Assembly: GCA_964016885.1 (NCBI GenBank)
Contig: CAXHJY010000381.1
Coordinates: 22,001-86,000 of the forward strand
Origin: Eledone cirrhosa
Lineage: Eukaryota
Direction of reading: 5' to 3'
DNA: 64,000 nt
Every line of letters starts with the position of its first letter. The stretch's first letter is position 1. Below the pieces are notes generated by a model, which saw only the letters and a program-made list of their open reading frames with translations, made no database searches and was not told the DNA's origin. This document shows, piece by piece, positions 31,601 to 46,000 of this stretch. A program made the translations under genes and the position numbers.

Positions 31601-34600
31601 AGTCTATATTAGTAACATGACAAAGTCTATATTAGTAGCATGACAAAGTCTGTATTAGTAACATGACAAGGTCAATATTAGTAACATGACAAAGTCTATA
31701 TTAGTAACATGACAAAGTCTATATTAGTAACATGACACAGTCTATATTAGTAACATGACAAAGTCTATATTAGTAGCATGACAAAGTCTATATTAGTAAC
31801 ATGACAAAGTCTATATTAGTAACATGACAAAGTCTATATTAGTAACATGACAAAGTCTATATTAGTAACATGACAAAGTCTATATTAGTAACATGACAAA
31901 GTCTATATTAGTAACATGACACAGTCTATATTAGTAACATGACAGTCTATATTAGTAACATGACAGTCTACATTAGTAACATGACACAGTCTATATTAGT
32001 AACATGACAAAGTCGATATTAGTAACATGACAATGTCTATATTAGTAACATGACAAAGTCTATATTAGTAACATGACACAGTCTATATTACTAACATGAC
32101 ACAGCCTATATTAGTAACATGACACAGTCTATATTAGTAACATGACAAAGTCTATATTAGTAACATGACACAGTCTATATTAGTAACATGACACAGTCTA
32201 TATTAGTAGCATGACACAGTCTATATTAGTAACATGATACAGTCTATATTAGTAACATGACAAAGTCTATATTAGTAACATGACAAAGTCTATATTAGTA
32301 ACATGACAAAGTCTATATTAGTAACATGACACAGTCTATATTAGTAACATGACACAGTCTATATTAGTAACATGACAAAGTCTATATTAGTAACATGACA
32401 CAGTCTATATTAGTAACATGACACAGTCTATATTAGTAGCATGACAAAGTCTTTATTAGTAACATGACACAGTCTATATTAGTAACATGACACAGTCTAT
32501 ATTAGTAACATGACAAAGTCTATATTAGTAACATGACAAAGTCTATATTAGTAACATGACACAGTCTATATTAGTAACATGACACAGTCTATATTAGTAA
32601 CATGACAAAGTCTATATTAGTAACATGACAAAATCTATATTAGTAACATGACACAGTCTATATTAGTAACATGACACAGTCTATATTAGTAACATGACAC
32701 AGTCTATATTAGTAACATTAGACAGTCTATATTAGTAGCATGACAAAGTCTATATTAGTAACATGACACAGTCTACATTAGTAACATGACAAAGTCTATA
32801 TTAGTAACATGACACAGTCTATATTAGTAACATGAGACAGTCTATATTAGTAACATGACAAAGTCTATATTAGTAACATGACAAAGTCTATATTAGTAAA
32901 ATGACAAAGTCTATATTAGTAACATGACAAAGTCTTTATTAGTAACATGACACAGTCTATATTAGTAACATGACAAAGTCTATATTAGTAACATTACACA
33001 GTCTATATTAGTAACATGACACAGTCTATATTAGTAACATGACAAAGTCTATATTAGTAACATGACAAAGTCTATATTAGTAACATGACAAAGTCTATAT
33101 TAGTAACATGACAAAGTCTATATTAGTAGCATGACAAAGTATGTATTAGTAACATGACAAAGTCTATATTAGTAACATGACAAAGTCTATATTAGTAACA
33201 TGACAAAGTCTATATTAGTAACATGACACAGTCTATATTAGTAACATGACAAGGTCTATATTAGTAGCATGACAAAGTCTATATTAGTAACATGACAAAG
33301 TCTATATTAGTAACATAACAAAGTCTATATTAGTAACATGACAAAGTCTATATTAGTAACATGACAAAGTCTATATTAGTAACATGACAAAGTCTATATT
33401 AGTAACATGACACAGTCTATATTAGTAACATGACAGTCTATATTAGTAACATGACAGTCTACATTAGTAACATGACACAGTCTATATTAGTAACATGACA
33501 CAGTCTATATTAGTAACATGACACTGTCTATATTAGTAACATGACAGTCTATATTAGTAACATGACAGTCGACATTAGTAACATGACACAGTCTATATTA
33601 GTAACATGACAAAGTCGATATTAGTAACATGACAATGTCTATATTAGTAACATGACAAAGTCTATATTAGTAACATGACACAGTCTATATTACTAACATG
33701 AGACAGCCTATATTAGTAACATGACACAGTCTATATTAGTAACATAACAAAGTCTATATTAGTAACATGACAAAGTCTATATTAGTAACATGACAAAGTC
33801 TATATCAGTAACATGACACAGTCTATATTAGTAACATGACACAGTCTATATTAGTAGCATGACACAGTCCATATTAGTAACATGATACAGTCTATATTAG
33901 TAACATGACAAAGTCTATATTAGTAACATGACAAAGTCTATATTAGTAAAATGACAAAGTCTATATTAGTAACATGACAAAGTGTTTATTAGTAACATGA
34001 CACAGTCTATATTAGTAACATGACAAAGTCTATATTAGTAACATGACAAAGTCTATATTAGTAACATGACAAAGTCTATATTAGTAACATGACACAGTCT
34101 ATATTAGTAACATGACAGTCTATATTAGTAACATGACAGTCTACATTAGTAACATGACACAGTCTATATTAGTAACATGACACAGTCTATATTAGTAACA
34201 TGACACAGTCTATATTAGTAACATGACAGTCTATATTAGTAACATGACAGTCTACATTAGTAACATGACACAGTCTATATTAGTAACATGACAAAGTCGA
34301 TATTAGTAACATGACAATGTCTATATTAGTAACATGACAAAGTCTATATTAGTAAAATGACAAAGTCTATATTAGTAACATGACAAAGTCTTTATTAGTA
34401 ACATGACACAGTCTATATTAGTAACATGACACAGTCTATATTAGTAACATGACAAAGTCTATATTAGTAACATGACACAGTCTATATTAGTAACATGACA
34501 CAGTCTATATTAGTAACATGACAAAGTCTATATTAGTAACATGACAAAGTCTATATTAGTAACATGACAAAGTCTATATTAGTAACATGACAAAGTCTAT

Positions 34601-37600
34601 ATTAGTAGCATGACAAAGTCTGTATTAGTAACATGACAAGGTCAATATTAGTAACATGACAAAGTCTATATTAGTAACATGACAAAGTCTATATTAGTAA
34701 CATGACACAGTCTATATTAGTAACATGACAAAGTCTATATTAGTAGCATGACAAAGTCTATATTAGTAACATGACAAAGTCTATATTAGTAACATGACAA
34801 AGTCTATATTAGTAACATGACAAAGTCTATATTAGTAACATGACAAAGTCTATATTAGTAACATGACAAAGTCTATATTAGTAACATGACACAGTCTATA
34901 TTAGTAACATGACAGTCTATATTAGTAACATGACAGTCTACATTAGTAACATGACACAGTCTATATTAGTAACATGACGAAGTCGATATTAGTAACATGA
35001 CAATGTCTATATTAGTAACATGACACAGTCTATATTAGTAACATGACAAAGTCTATATTACTAACATGACAAAGTCTATATTAGTAACATGACAAAGTCT
35101 ATATTAGTAAAATGACACAGTCTATATTAGTAACATGACACAGTCTATATTAGTAGCATGACACAGTCCATATTAGTAACATGATACAGTCTATATTAGT
35201 AACATGACAAAGTCTATATTAGTAACATGACAAAGTCTATATTAGTAAAATGACAAAGTCTATATTAGTAACATGACAAAGTCTTTATTAGTAACATGAC
35301 ACAGTCTATATTAGTAACATGACACAGTCTATATTAGTAACATGACAAAGTCTATATTAGTAACATGACAAAGTCTATATTAGTAACATGACACAGTCTA
35401 TATTAGTAACATGACAAAGTCTATATTAGTAACATGACAAAATCTATATTAGTAACATGACACAGTCTATATTAGTAACATGACACAGTCTATATTAGTA
35501 ACATGACACAGTCTATATTAGTAACATTAGACAGTCTATATTAGTAGCATGACAAAGTCTATATTAGTAACATGACACAGTCTACATTAGTAACATGACA
35601 AAGTCTATATTAGTAACATGACACAGTCTATATTAGTAACATGAGACAGTCTATATTAGTAACATGACAAAGTCTATATTAGTAACATGACAAAGTCTAT
35701 ATTAGTAACATGACAAAGTCTATATTAGTAACATGACAAAGTCTATATTAGTAAAATGACACAGTCTATATTAGTAACATGACAAAGTCTATATTAGTAA
35801 CATGACACAGTCTATATTAGTAACATGACACAGTCTATATTAGTAGCATGACACAGTCTATATTAGTAACATGATACAGTCTATATTAGTAACATGACAA
35901 AGTCTATATTAGTAACATGACAAAGTCTATATTAGTAACATGACAAAGTCTATATTAGTAACATGACACAGTCTATATTAGTAACATGACACAGTCTATA
36001 TTAGTAACATGACAAAGTCTATATTAGTAACATGACACAGTCTATATTAGTAACATGACACAGTCTATATTAGTAGCATGACACAGTCTATATTAGTAAC
36101 ATGATACAGTCTATATTAGTAACATGACAAAGTCTATATTAGTAACATGACAAAGTCTATATTAGTAAAATGACAAAGTCTATATTAGTAACATGACAAA
36201 GTCTTTATTAGTAACATGACACAGTCTATATTAGTAACATGACACAGTCTATATTAGTAACATGACAAAGTCTATATTAGTAACATGACAAAGTCTATAT
36301 TAGTAACATGACACAGTCTATATTAGTAACATCACACAGTCTATATTAGTAACATGACAAAGTCTATATTAGTAACATGACAAAGTCTATATTAGTAACA
36401 TGACACAGTCTATATTAGTAACATGACACAGTCTATATTAGTAACATGACACAGTCTATATTAGTAACATGAGACAGTCCATATTAGTAGCATGACAAAG
36501 TCTATATTAGTAACATGACACAGTCTACATTAGTAACATGACAAAGTCTATATTAGTAACATGACACAGTCTATATTAGTAACATGAGACAGTCTATATT
36601 AGTAACATGACTAAGTCTATATTAGTAACATGACACAGTCTATATTAGTAACATGACACAGTCTATATTAGTAACATGACAAAGTCTATATTAGTAACAT
36701 GACAAAGTCTATATTAGTAACATGACAAAGTCTATATTAGTAACATGACGCAGTCTATATTAGTAACATGACGAAGTCTATATTAGTAACATGACACAGT
36801 CTATATTAGTAACATGACACAGTCTATATTAGTAACATGACAAAGTCTATATTAGTAACATGACACAGTCTATATTAGTAAAATGACAAAGTCTATATTA
36901 GTAACATGACAAAGTCTTTATTACTAACATGACACAGTCTATATTAGTAACATGACACAGTCTATATTAGTAACATGACAAAGTCTATATTAGTAACATG
37001 ACACAGTCTATATTAGTAACATGACACAGTCTATATTAGTAACATGACAAAGTCTATATTAGTAACATGACAAAGTCTATATTAGTAACATGACAAAGTC
37101 TATATTAGTAACATGACAAAGTCTATATTAGTAGCATGACAAAGTCTGTATTAGTAACATGACAAGGTCAATATTAGTAACATGACAAAGTCTATATTAG
37201 TAACATGACAAAGTCTATATTAGTAACATGACACAGTCTATATTAGTAACATGACAAAGTCTATATTAGTAGCATGACAAAGTCTATATTAGTAACATGA
37301 CAAAGTCTATATTAGTAACATGACAAAGTCTATATTAGTAACATGACAAAGTCTATATTAGTAACATGACAAAGTCTATATTAGTAACATGACAAAGTCT
37401 ATATTAGTAACATGACACAGTCTATATTAGTAACATGACAGTCTATATTAGTAACATGACAGTCTACATTAGTAACATGACACAGTCTATATTAGTAACA
37501 TGACAAAGTCGATATTAGTAACATGAAAATGTCTATATTAGTAACATGACAAAGTCTATATTAGTAACATGACACAGTCTATATTACTAACATGACACAG

Positions 37601-38490
37601 CCTATATTAGTAACATGACACAGTCTATATTAGTAACATGACAAAGTCTATATTAGTAACATGACAAAGTCTATATTAGTAACATGACAAAGTCTATATT
37701 AGTAACATGACACAGTCTATATTAGTAACATGACACAGTCTATATTAGTAGCATGACACAGTCCATATTAGTAACATGATACAGTCTATATTAGTAACAT
37801 GACAAAGTCTATATTAGTAACATGACAAAGTCTATATTAGTAAAATGACAAAGTCTATATTAGTAACATGACAAAGTCTTTATTAGTAACATGACACAGT
37901 CTATATTAGTAACATGACACAGTCTATATTAGTAACATGACAAAGTCTATATTAGTAACATGACAAAGTCTATATTAGTAACATGACACAGTCTATATTA
38001 GTAACATGACACAGTCTATATTAGTAACATGACAAAGTCTATATTTTAACATGACAAAATCTATATTAGTAACATGACACAGTCTACATTAGTAACATGA
38101 CAAAGTCTATATTAGTAACATGACACAGTCTATATTAGTAACATGAGACAGTCTATATTAGTAACATGACAAAGTCTATATTAGTAACATGACAAAGTCT
38201 ATATTAGTAAAATGACAAAGTCTATATTAGTAACATGACAAAGTCTTTATTAGTAACATGACACAGTCTATATTAGTAACATGACACAGTCTATATTAGT
38301 AACATGACAAAGTCTATATTAGTAACATGACACAGTCTATATTAGTAACATGACACAGTCTATATTAGTAACATGACAAAGTCTATATTAGTAACATGAC
38401 AAAGTCTATATTAGTAACATGACAAAGTCTATATTAGTAACATGACAAAGTCTATATTAGTAGCATGACAAAGTCTGTATTAGTAACATG
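15470..38490 (+). repeat. Older ~10 kb segmental duplication (~15470-25730 vs ~27970-38490) with offset stepping 12504 > 12849 > 12851 > 12828 > 12598 > 12759
   Basis: CAAAGTCTTT 15541/28045, ATCAC 18331/30835, GACAAAGTTT 18701/31205 (12504); CAAGG 20401/33250 and AAGTGTTT 21131/33980 (12849); TCTATATTAC 22201/35052 (12851); TAGAC 22700/35528 (12828); GAGACAGTCC 23873/36471 (12598); CATGAAAAT 24763/37522 (12759). Confidence 0.8.
24362..28912 (+). repeat. Higher-order tandem duplication, period 2242 bp
   Basis: TAGC 24511/26753, CATGAAAAT 24763/27005, GTATC 26476/28718. One difference noticed (TTAATAAC ~26000). Confidence 0.88.
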
Positions 38491-40009
38491 ACAAAGTCTA
38501 TATTAGTAACATGACAAAGTCTATATTAGTAACATGACAAAGTCTATATTAGTAACATGACACAGTCTATATTAGTAACATGACAAGGTCTATATTAGTA
38601 GCATGACAAAGTCTATATTAGTAACATGACAAAGTCTATATTAGTAACATAACAAAGTCTATATTAGTAACATGACAAAGTCTATATTAGTAACATGACA
38701 AAGTCTATATTAGTAACATGACAAAGTCTATATTAGTAACATGACACAGTCTATATTAGTAACATGACAGTCTATATTAGTAACATGACAGTCTACATTA
38801 GTAACATGACACAGTCTATATTAGTAACATGACACAGTCTATATTAGTAACATGACACAGTCTATATTAGTAACATGACAGTCTATATTAGTAACATGAC
38901 AGTCTACATTAGTAACATGACACAGTCTATATTAGTAACATGACAAAGTCGATATTAGTAACATGACAATGTCTATATTAGTAACATGACAAAGTCTATA
39001 TTAGTAACATGACACAGTCTATATTACTAACATGAGACAGCCTATATTAGTAACATGACACAGTCTATATTAGTAACATAACAAAGTCTATATTAGTAAC
39101 ATGACAAAGTCTATATTAGTAACATGACAAAGTCTATATCAGTAACATGACACAGTCTATATTAGTAACATGACACAGTCTATATTAGTAGCATGACACA
39201 GTCCATATTAGTAACATGATACAGTCTATATTAGTAACATGACAAAGTCTATATTAGTAACATGACAAAGTCTATATTAGTAAAATGACAAAGTCTATAT
39301 TAGTAACATGACAAAGTGTTTATTAGTAACATGACACAGTCTATATTAGTAACATGACAAAGTCTATATTAGTAACATGACAAAGTCTATATTAGTAACA
39401 TGACACAGTCTATATTAGTAACATGACACAGTCTATATTAGTAACATGACAAAGTCTATATTAGTAACATGACAAAGTCTATATTAGTAACATGACACAG
39501 TCTATATTAGTAACATGACACAGTCTATATTAGTAACATGACACAGTCTATATTAGTAACATTAGACAGTCTATATTAGTAGCATGACAAAGTCTATATT
39601 AGTAACATGACAAAGTCTATATTAGTAAAATGACAAAGTCTATATTAGTAACATGACAAAGTCTTTATTAGTAACATGACACAGTCTATATTAGTAACAT
39701 GACACAGTCTATATTAGTAACATGACAAAGTCTATATTAGTAACATGACACAGTCTATATTAGTAACATGACACAGTCTATATTAGTAGCATGACACAGT
39801 CTATATTAGTAACATGATACAGTCTATATTAGTAACATGACAAAGTCTATATTAGTAACATGACAAAGTCTATATTAGTAAAATGACAAAGTCTATATTA
39901 GTAACATGACAAAGTCTTTATTAGTAACATGACACAGTCTATATTAGTAACATGACACAGTCTATATTAGTAACATGACAAAGTCTATATTAGTAACATG
40001 ACAAAGTCT

Positions 40010-43000
40010 ATATTAGTAACATGACACAGTCTATATTAGTAACATCACACAGTCTATATTAGTAACATGACAAAGTCTATATTAGTAACATGACAAAGTC
40101 TATATTAGTAACATGACACAGTCTATATTAGTAACATGACACGGTCTATATTAGTAACATGACACAGTCTATATTAGTAACATGAGACAGTCTATATTAG
40201 TAGCATGACAAAGTCTATATTAGTAACATGACACAGTCTACATTAGTAACATGACAAAGTCTATATTAGTAACATGACACAGTATATATTAGTAACATAA
40301 GACAGTCTATATTAGTAACATGACTAAGTCTATATTAGTAACATGACACAGTCTATATTTGTAACATGACAAAGTCTAAATTAGTAACATGACAAAGTCT
40401 ATATTAGTAACATGACAAAGTCTATATTAGTAACATGACACAGTCTATATTAGTAACATGACGAAGTCTATATTAGTAACATGACACAGTCTATATTAGT
40501 AACATGACAGGGTCTATATTAGTAACATGACAAAGTCTATATTAGTAACATGACAAAGTCTATATTAGTAACATGACAAAGTCTATATTAGTAACATGAC
40601 AAAGTCTATATTAGTAACATGACACAGTCTATATTAGTAACATGACACAGTCTATATTAGTAGCATGACACAGTCTATATTAGTAACATGATACAGTCTA
40701 TATTACTAACATGACAAAGTCTATATTAGTAACATGACAAAGTCTATATTAGTAAAATGACAAAGTCTATATTAGTAACATGACAAAGTCTTTATTAGTA
40801 ACATGACACAGTCTATATTAGTAACATGACACAGTCTATATTAGTAACATGACAAAGTCTATATTAGTAACATGACACAGTCTATATTAGTAACATGACA
40901 CAGTCTATATTAGTAACATGACAAAGTCTATATTAGTAACATGACAAAGTCTATATTAGTAACATGACAAAGTCTATATTAGTAACATGACAAAGTCTAT
41001 ATTAGTAGCATGACAAAGTCTGTATTAGTAACATGACAAGGTCAATATTAGTAACATGACAACGTCTATATTAGTAACATGACAAAGTCTATATTAGTAA
41101 CATGACACAGTCTATATTAGTAACATGACAAAGTCTATATTAGTAGCATGACAAAGTCTATATTAGTAACATGACAAAGTCTATATTAGTAACATGACAA
41201 AGTCTATATTAGTAACATGACAAAGTCTATATTAGTAACATGACAAAGTCTATATTAGTAACATGACAAAGTCTATATTAGTAACATGACACAGTCTATA
41301 TTAGTAACATGACAGTCTATATTAGTATCATGACAGTCTACATTAGTAACATGACACAGTCTATATTAGTAACATGACAAAGTCGATATTAGTAACATGA
41401 CAATGTCTATATTAGTAACATGACAAAGTCTATATTAGTAACATGACACAGTCTATATTACTAACATGACACAGCCTATATTAGTAACATGACACAGTCT
41501 ATATTAGTAACATGACAAAGTCTATATTAGTAACATGACAAAGTCTATATTAGTAACATGACAAAGTCTATATTAGTAAAATGACACAGTCTATATTAGT
41601 AACATGACACAGTCTATATTAGTAACATGACAAGGTCTATATTAGTAGCATGACAAAGTCTATATTAGTAACATGACAAAGTCTATATTAGTAACATAAC
41701 AAAGTCTATATTAGTAACATGACAAAGTCTATATTAGTAACATGACAAAGTCTATATTAGTAACATGACAAAGTCTATATTAGTAACATGACACAGTCTA
41801 TATTAGTAACATGACAGTCTATATTAGTAACATGACAGTCTACATTAGTAACATGACACAGTCTATATTAGTAACATGACACAGTCTATATTAGTAACAT
41901 GACACAGTCTATATTAGTAACATGACAGTCTATATTAGTAACATGACAGTCGACATTAGTAACATGACACAGTCTATATTAGTAACATGACAAAGTCGAT
42001 ATTAGTAACATGACAATGTCTATATTAGTAACATGACAAAGTCTATATTAGTAACATGACACAGTCTATATTACTAACATGAGACAGCCTATATTAGTAA
42101 CATGACACAGTCTATATTAGTAACATAACAAAGTCTATATTAGTAACATGACAAAGTCTATATTAGTAACATGACAAAGTCTATATCAGTAACATGACAC
42201 AGTCTATATTAGTAACATGACACAGTCTATATTAGTAGCATGACACAGTCCATATTAGTAACATGATACAGTCTATATTAGTAACATGACAAAGTCTATA
42301 TTAGTAACATGACAAAGTCTATATTAGTAAAATGACAAAGTCTATATTAGTAACATGACAAAGTGTTTATTAGTAACATGACACAGTCTATATTAGTAAC
42401 ATGACAAAGTCTATATTAGTAACATGACAAAGTCTATATTAGTAACATGACAAAGTCTATATTAGTAACATGACACAGTCTATATTAGTAACATGACAGT
42501 CTATATTAGTAACATGACAGTCTACATTAGTAACATGACACAGTCTATATTAGTAACATGACACAGTCTATATTAGTAACATGACACAGTCTATATTAGT
42601 AACATGACTGTCTATATTAGTAACATGACAGTCTACATTAGTAACATGACACAGTCTATATTAGTAACATGACAAAGTCGATATTAGTAACATGACAATG
42701 TCTATATTAGTAACATGACAAAGTCTATATTAGTAAAATGACAAAGTCTATATTAGTAACATGACAAAGTCTTTATTAGTAACATGACACAGTCTATATT
42801 AGTAACATGACACAGTCTATATTAGTAACATGACAAAGTCTATATTAGTAACATGACACAGTCTATATTAGTAACATGACACAGTCTATATTAGTAACAT
42901 GACAAAGTCTATATTTGTAACATGACAAAGTCTATATTAGTAACATGACAAAGTCTATATGAGTAACATGACAAAGTCTATATTAGTAGCATGACAAAGT

Positions 43001-46000
43001 CTGTATTAGTAACATGACAAGGTCAATATTAGTAACATGACAAAGTCTATATTAGTAACATGACAAAGTCTATATTAGTAACATGACACAGTCTATATTA
43101 GTAACATGACAAAGTCTATATTAGTAGCATGACAAAGTCTATATTAGTAACATGACAAAGTCTATATTAGTAACATGACAAAGTCTATATTAGTAAAATG
43201 ACAAAGTCTATATTAGTAACATGACAAAGTCTTTATTAGTAACATGACACAGTCTATATTAGTAACATGACACAGTCTATATTAGTAACATGACAAAGTC
43301 TATATTAGTAACATGACACAGTCTATATTAGTAACATGACACAGTCTATATTAGTAACATGACAAAGTCTATATTAGTAACATGACACAGTCTATATTAG
43401 TAACATGACACAGTCTATATTAGTAACATGACAAAGTCTATATTAGTAACATGACAAAGTCTATATTAGTAGCATGACAAAGTCTATATTAGTAACATGA
43501 CACAGTCTACATTAGTAACATGACAAAGTCTATATTAGTAACATGACACAGTATATATTAGTAACATAAGACAGTCTATATTAGTAACATGACTAAGTCT
43601 ATATTAGTAACATGACACAGTCTATATTTGTAACATGACAAAGTCTAAATTAGTAACATGACAAAGTCTATATTAGTAACATGACAAAGTCTATATTAGT
43701 AACATGACACAGTCTATATTAGTAACATGACGAAGTCTATATTAGTAACATGACACAGTCTATATTAGTAACATGACAGGGTCTATATTAGTAACATGAC
43801 AAAGTCTATATTAGTAACATGACAAAGTCTATATTAGTAACATGACAAAGTCTATATTAGTAACATGACAAAGTCTATATTAGTAACATGACACAGTCTA
43901 TATTAGTAACATGACACAGTCTATATTAGTAGCATGACACAGTCTATATTAGTAACATGATACAGTCTATATTACTAACATGACAAAGTCTATATTAGTA
44001 ACATGACAAAGTCTATATTAGTAAAATGACAAAGTCTATATTAGTAACATGACAAAGTCTTTATTAGTAACATGACACAGTCTATATTAGTAACATGACA
44101 CAGTCTATATTAGTAACATGACAAAGTCTATATTAGTAACATGACACAGTCTATATTAGTAACATGACACAGTCTATATTAGTAACATGACAAAGTCTAT
44201 ATTAGTAACATGACAAAGTCTATATTAGTAACATGACAAAGTCTATATTAGTAACATGACAAAGTCTATATTAGTAGCATGACAAAGTCTGTATTAGTAA
44301 CATGACAAGGTCAATATTAGTAACATGACAACGTCTATATTAGTAACATGACAAAGTCTATATTAGTAACATGACACAGTCTATATTAGTAACATGACAA
44401 AGTCTATATTAGTAGCATGACAAAGTCTATATTAGTAACATGACAAAGTCTATATTAGTAACATGACAAAGTCTATATTAGTAACATGACAAAGTCTATA
44501 TTAGTAACATGACAAAGTCTATATTAGTAACATGACAAAGTCTATATTAGTAACATGACACAGTCTATATTAGTAACATGACAGTCTATATTAGTATCAT
44601 GACAGTCTACATTAGTAACATGACACAGTCTATATTAGTAACATGACAAAGTCGATATTAGTAACATGACAATGTCTATATTAGTAACATGACAAAGTCT
44701 ATATTAGTAACATGACACAGTCTATATTACTAACATGACACAGCCTATATTAGTAACATGACACAGTCTATATTAGTAACATGACAAAGTCTATATTAGT
44801 AACATGACAAAGTCTATATTAGTAACATGACAAAGTCTATATTAGTAAAATGACACAGTCTATATTAGTAACATGACACAGTCTATATTAGTAACATGAC
44901 AAGGTCTATATTAGTAGCATGACAAAGTCTATATTAGTAACATGACAAAGTCTATATTAGTAACATAACAAAGTCTATATTAGTAACATGACAAAGTCTA
45001 TATTAGTAACATGACAAAGTCTATATTAGTAACATGACAAAGTCTATATTAGTAACATGACACAGTCTATATTAGTAACATGACAGTCTATATTAGTAAC
45101 ATGACAGTCTACATTAGTAACATGACACAGTCTATATTAGTAACATGACACAGTCTATATTAGTAACATGACACAGTCTATATTAGTAACATGACAGTCT
45201 ATATTAGTAACATGACAGTCGACATTAGTAACATGACACAGTCTATATTAGTAACATGACAAAGTCGATATTAGTAACATGACAATGTCTATATTAGTAA
45301 CATGACAAAGTCTATATTAGTAACATGACACAGTCTATATTACTAACATGAGACAGCCTATATTAGTAACATGACACAGTCTATATTAGTAACATAACAA
45401 AGTCTATATTAGTAACATGACAAAGTCTATATTAGTAACATGACAAAGTCTATATCAGTAACATGACACAGTCTATATTAGTAACATGACACAGTCTATA
45501 TTAGTAGCATGACACAGTCCATATTAGTAACATGATACAGTCTATATTAGTAACATGACAAAGTCTATATTAGTAACATGACAAAGTCTATATTAGTAAA
45601 ATGACAAAGTCTATATTAGTAACATGACAAAGTGTTTATTAGTAACATGACACAGTCTATATTAGTAACATGACAAAGTCTATATTAGTAACATGACAAA
45701 GTCTATATTAGTAACATGACAAAGTCTATATTAGTAACATGACACAGTCTATATTAGTAACATGACAGTCTATATTAGTAACATGACAGTCTACATTAGT
45801 AACATGACACAGTCTATATTAGTAACATGACACAGTCTATATTAGTAACATGACACAGTCTATATTAGTAACATGACAGTCTATATTAGTAACATGACAG
45901 TCTACATTAGTAACATGACACAGTCTATATTAGTAACATGACAAAGTCGATATTAGTAACATGACAATGTCTATATTAGTAACATGACAAAGTCTATATT

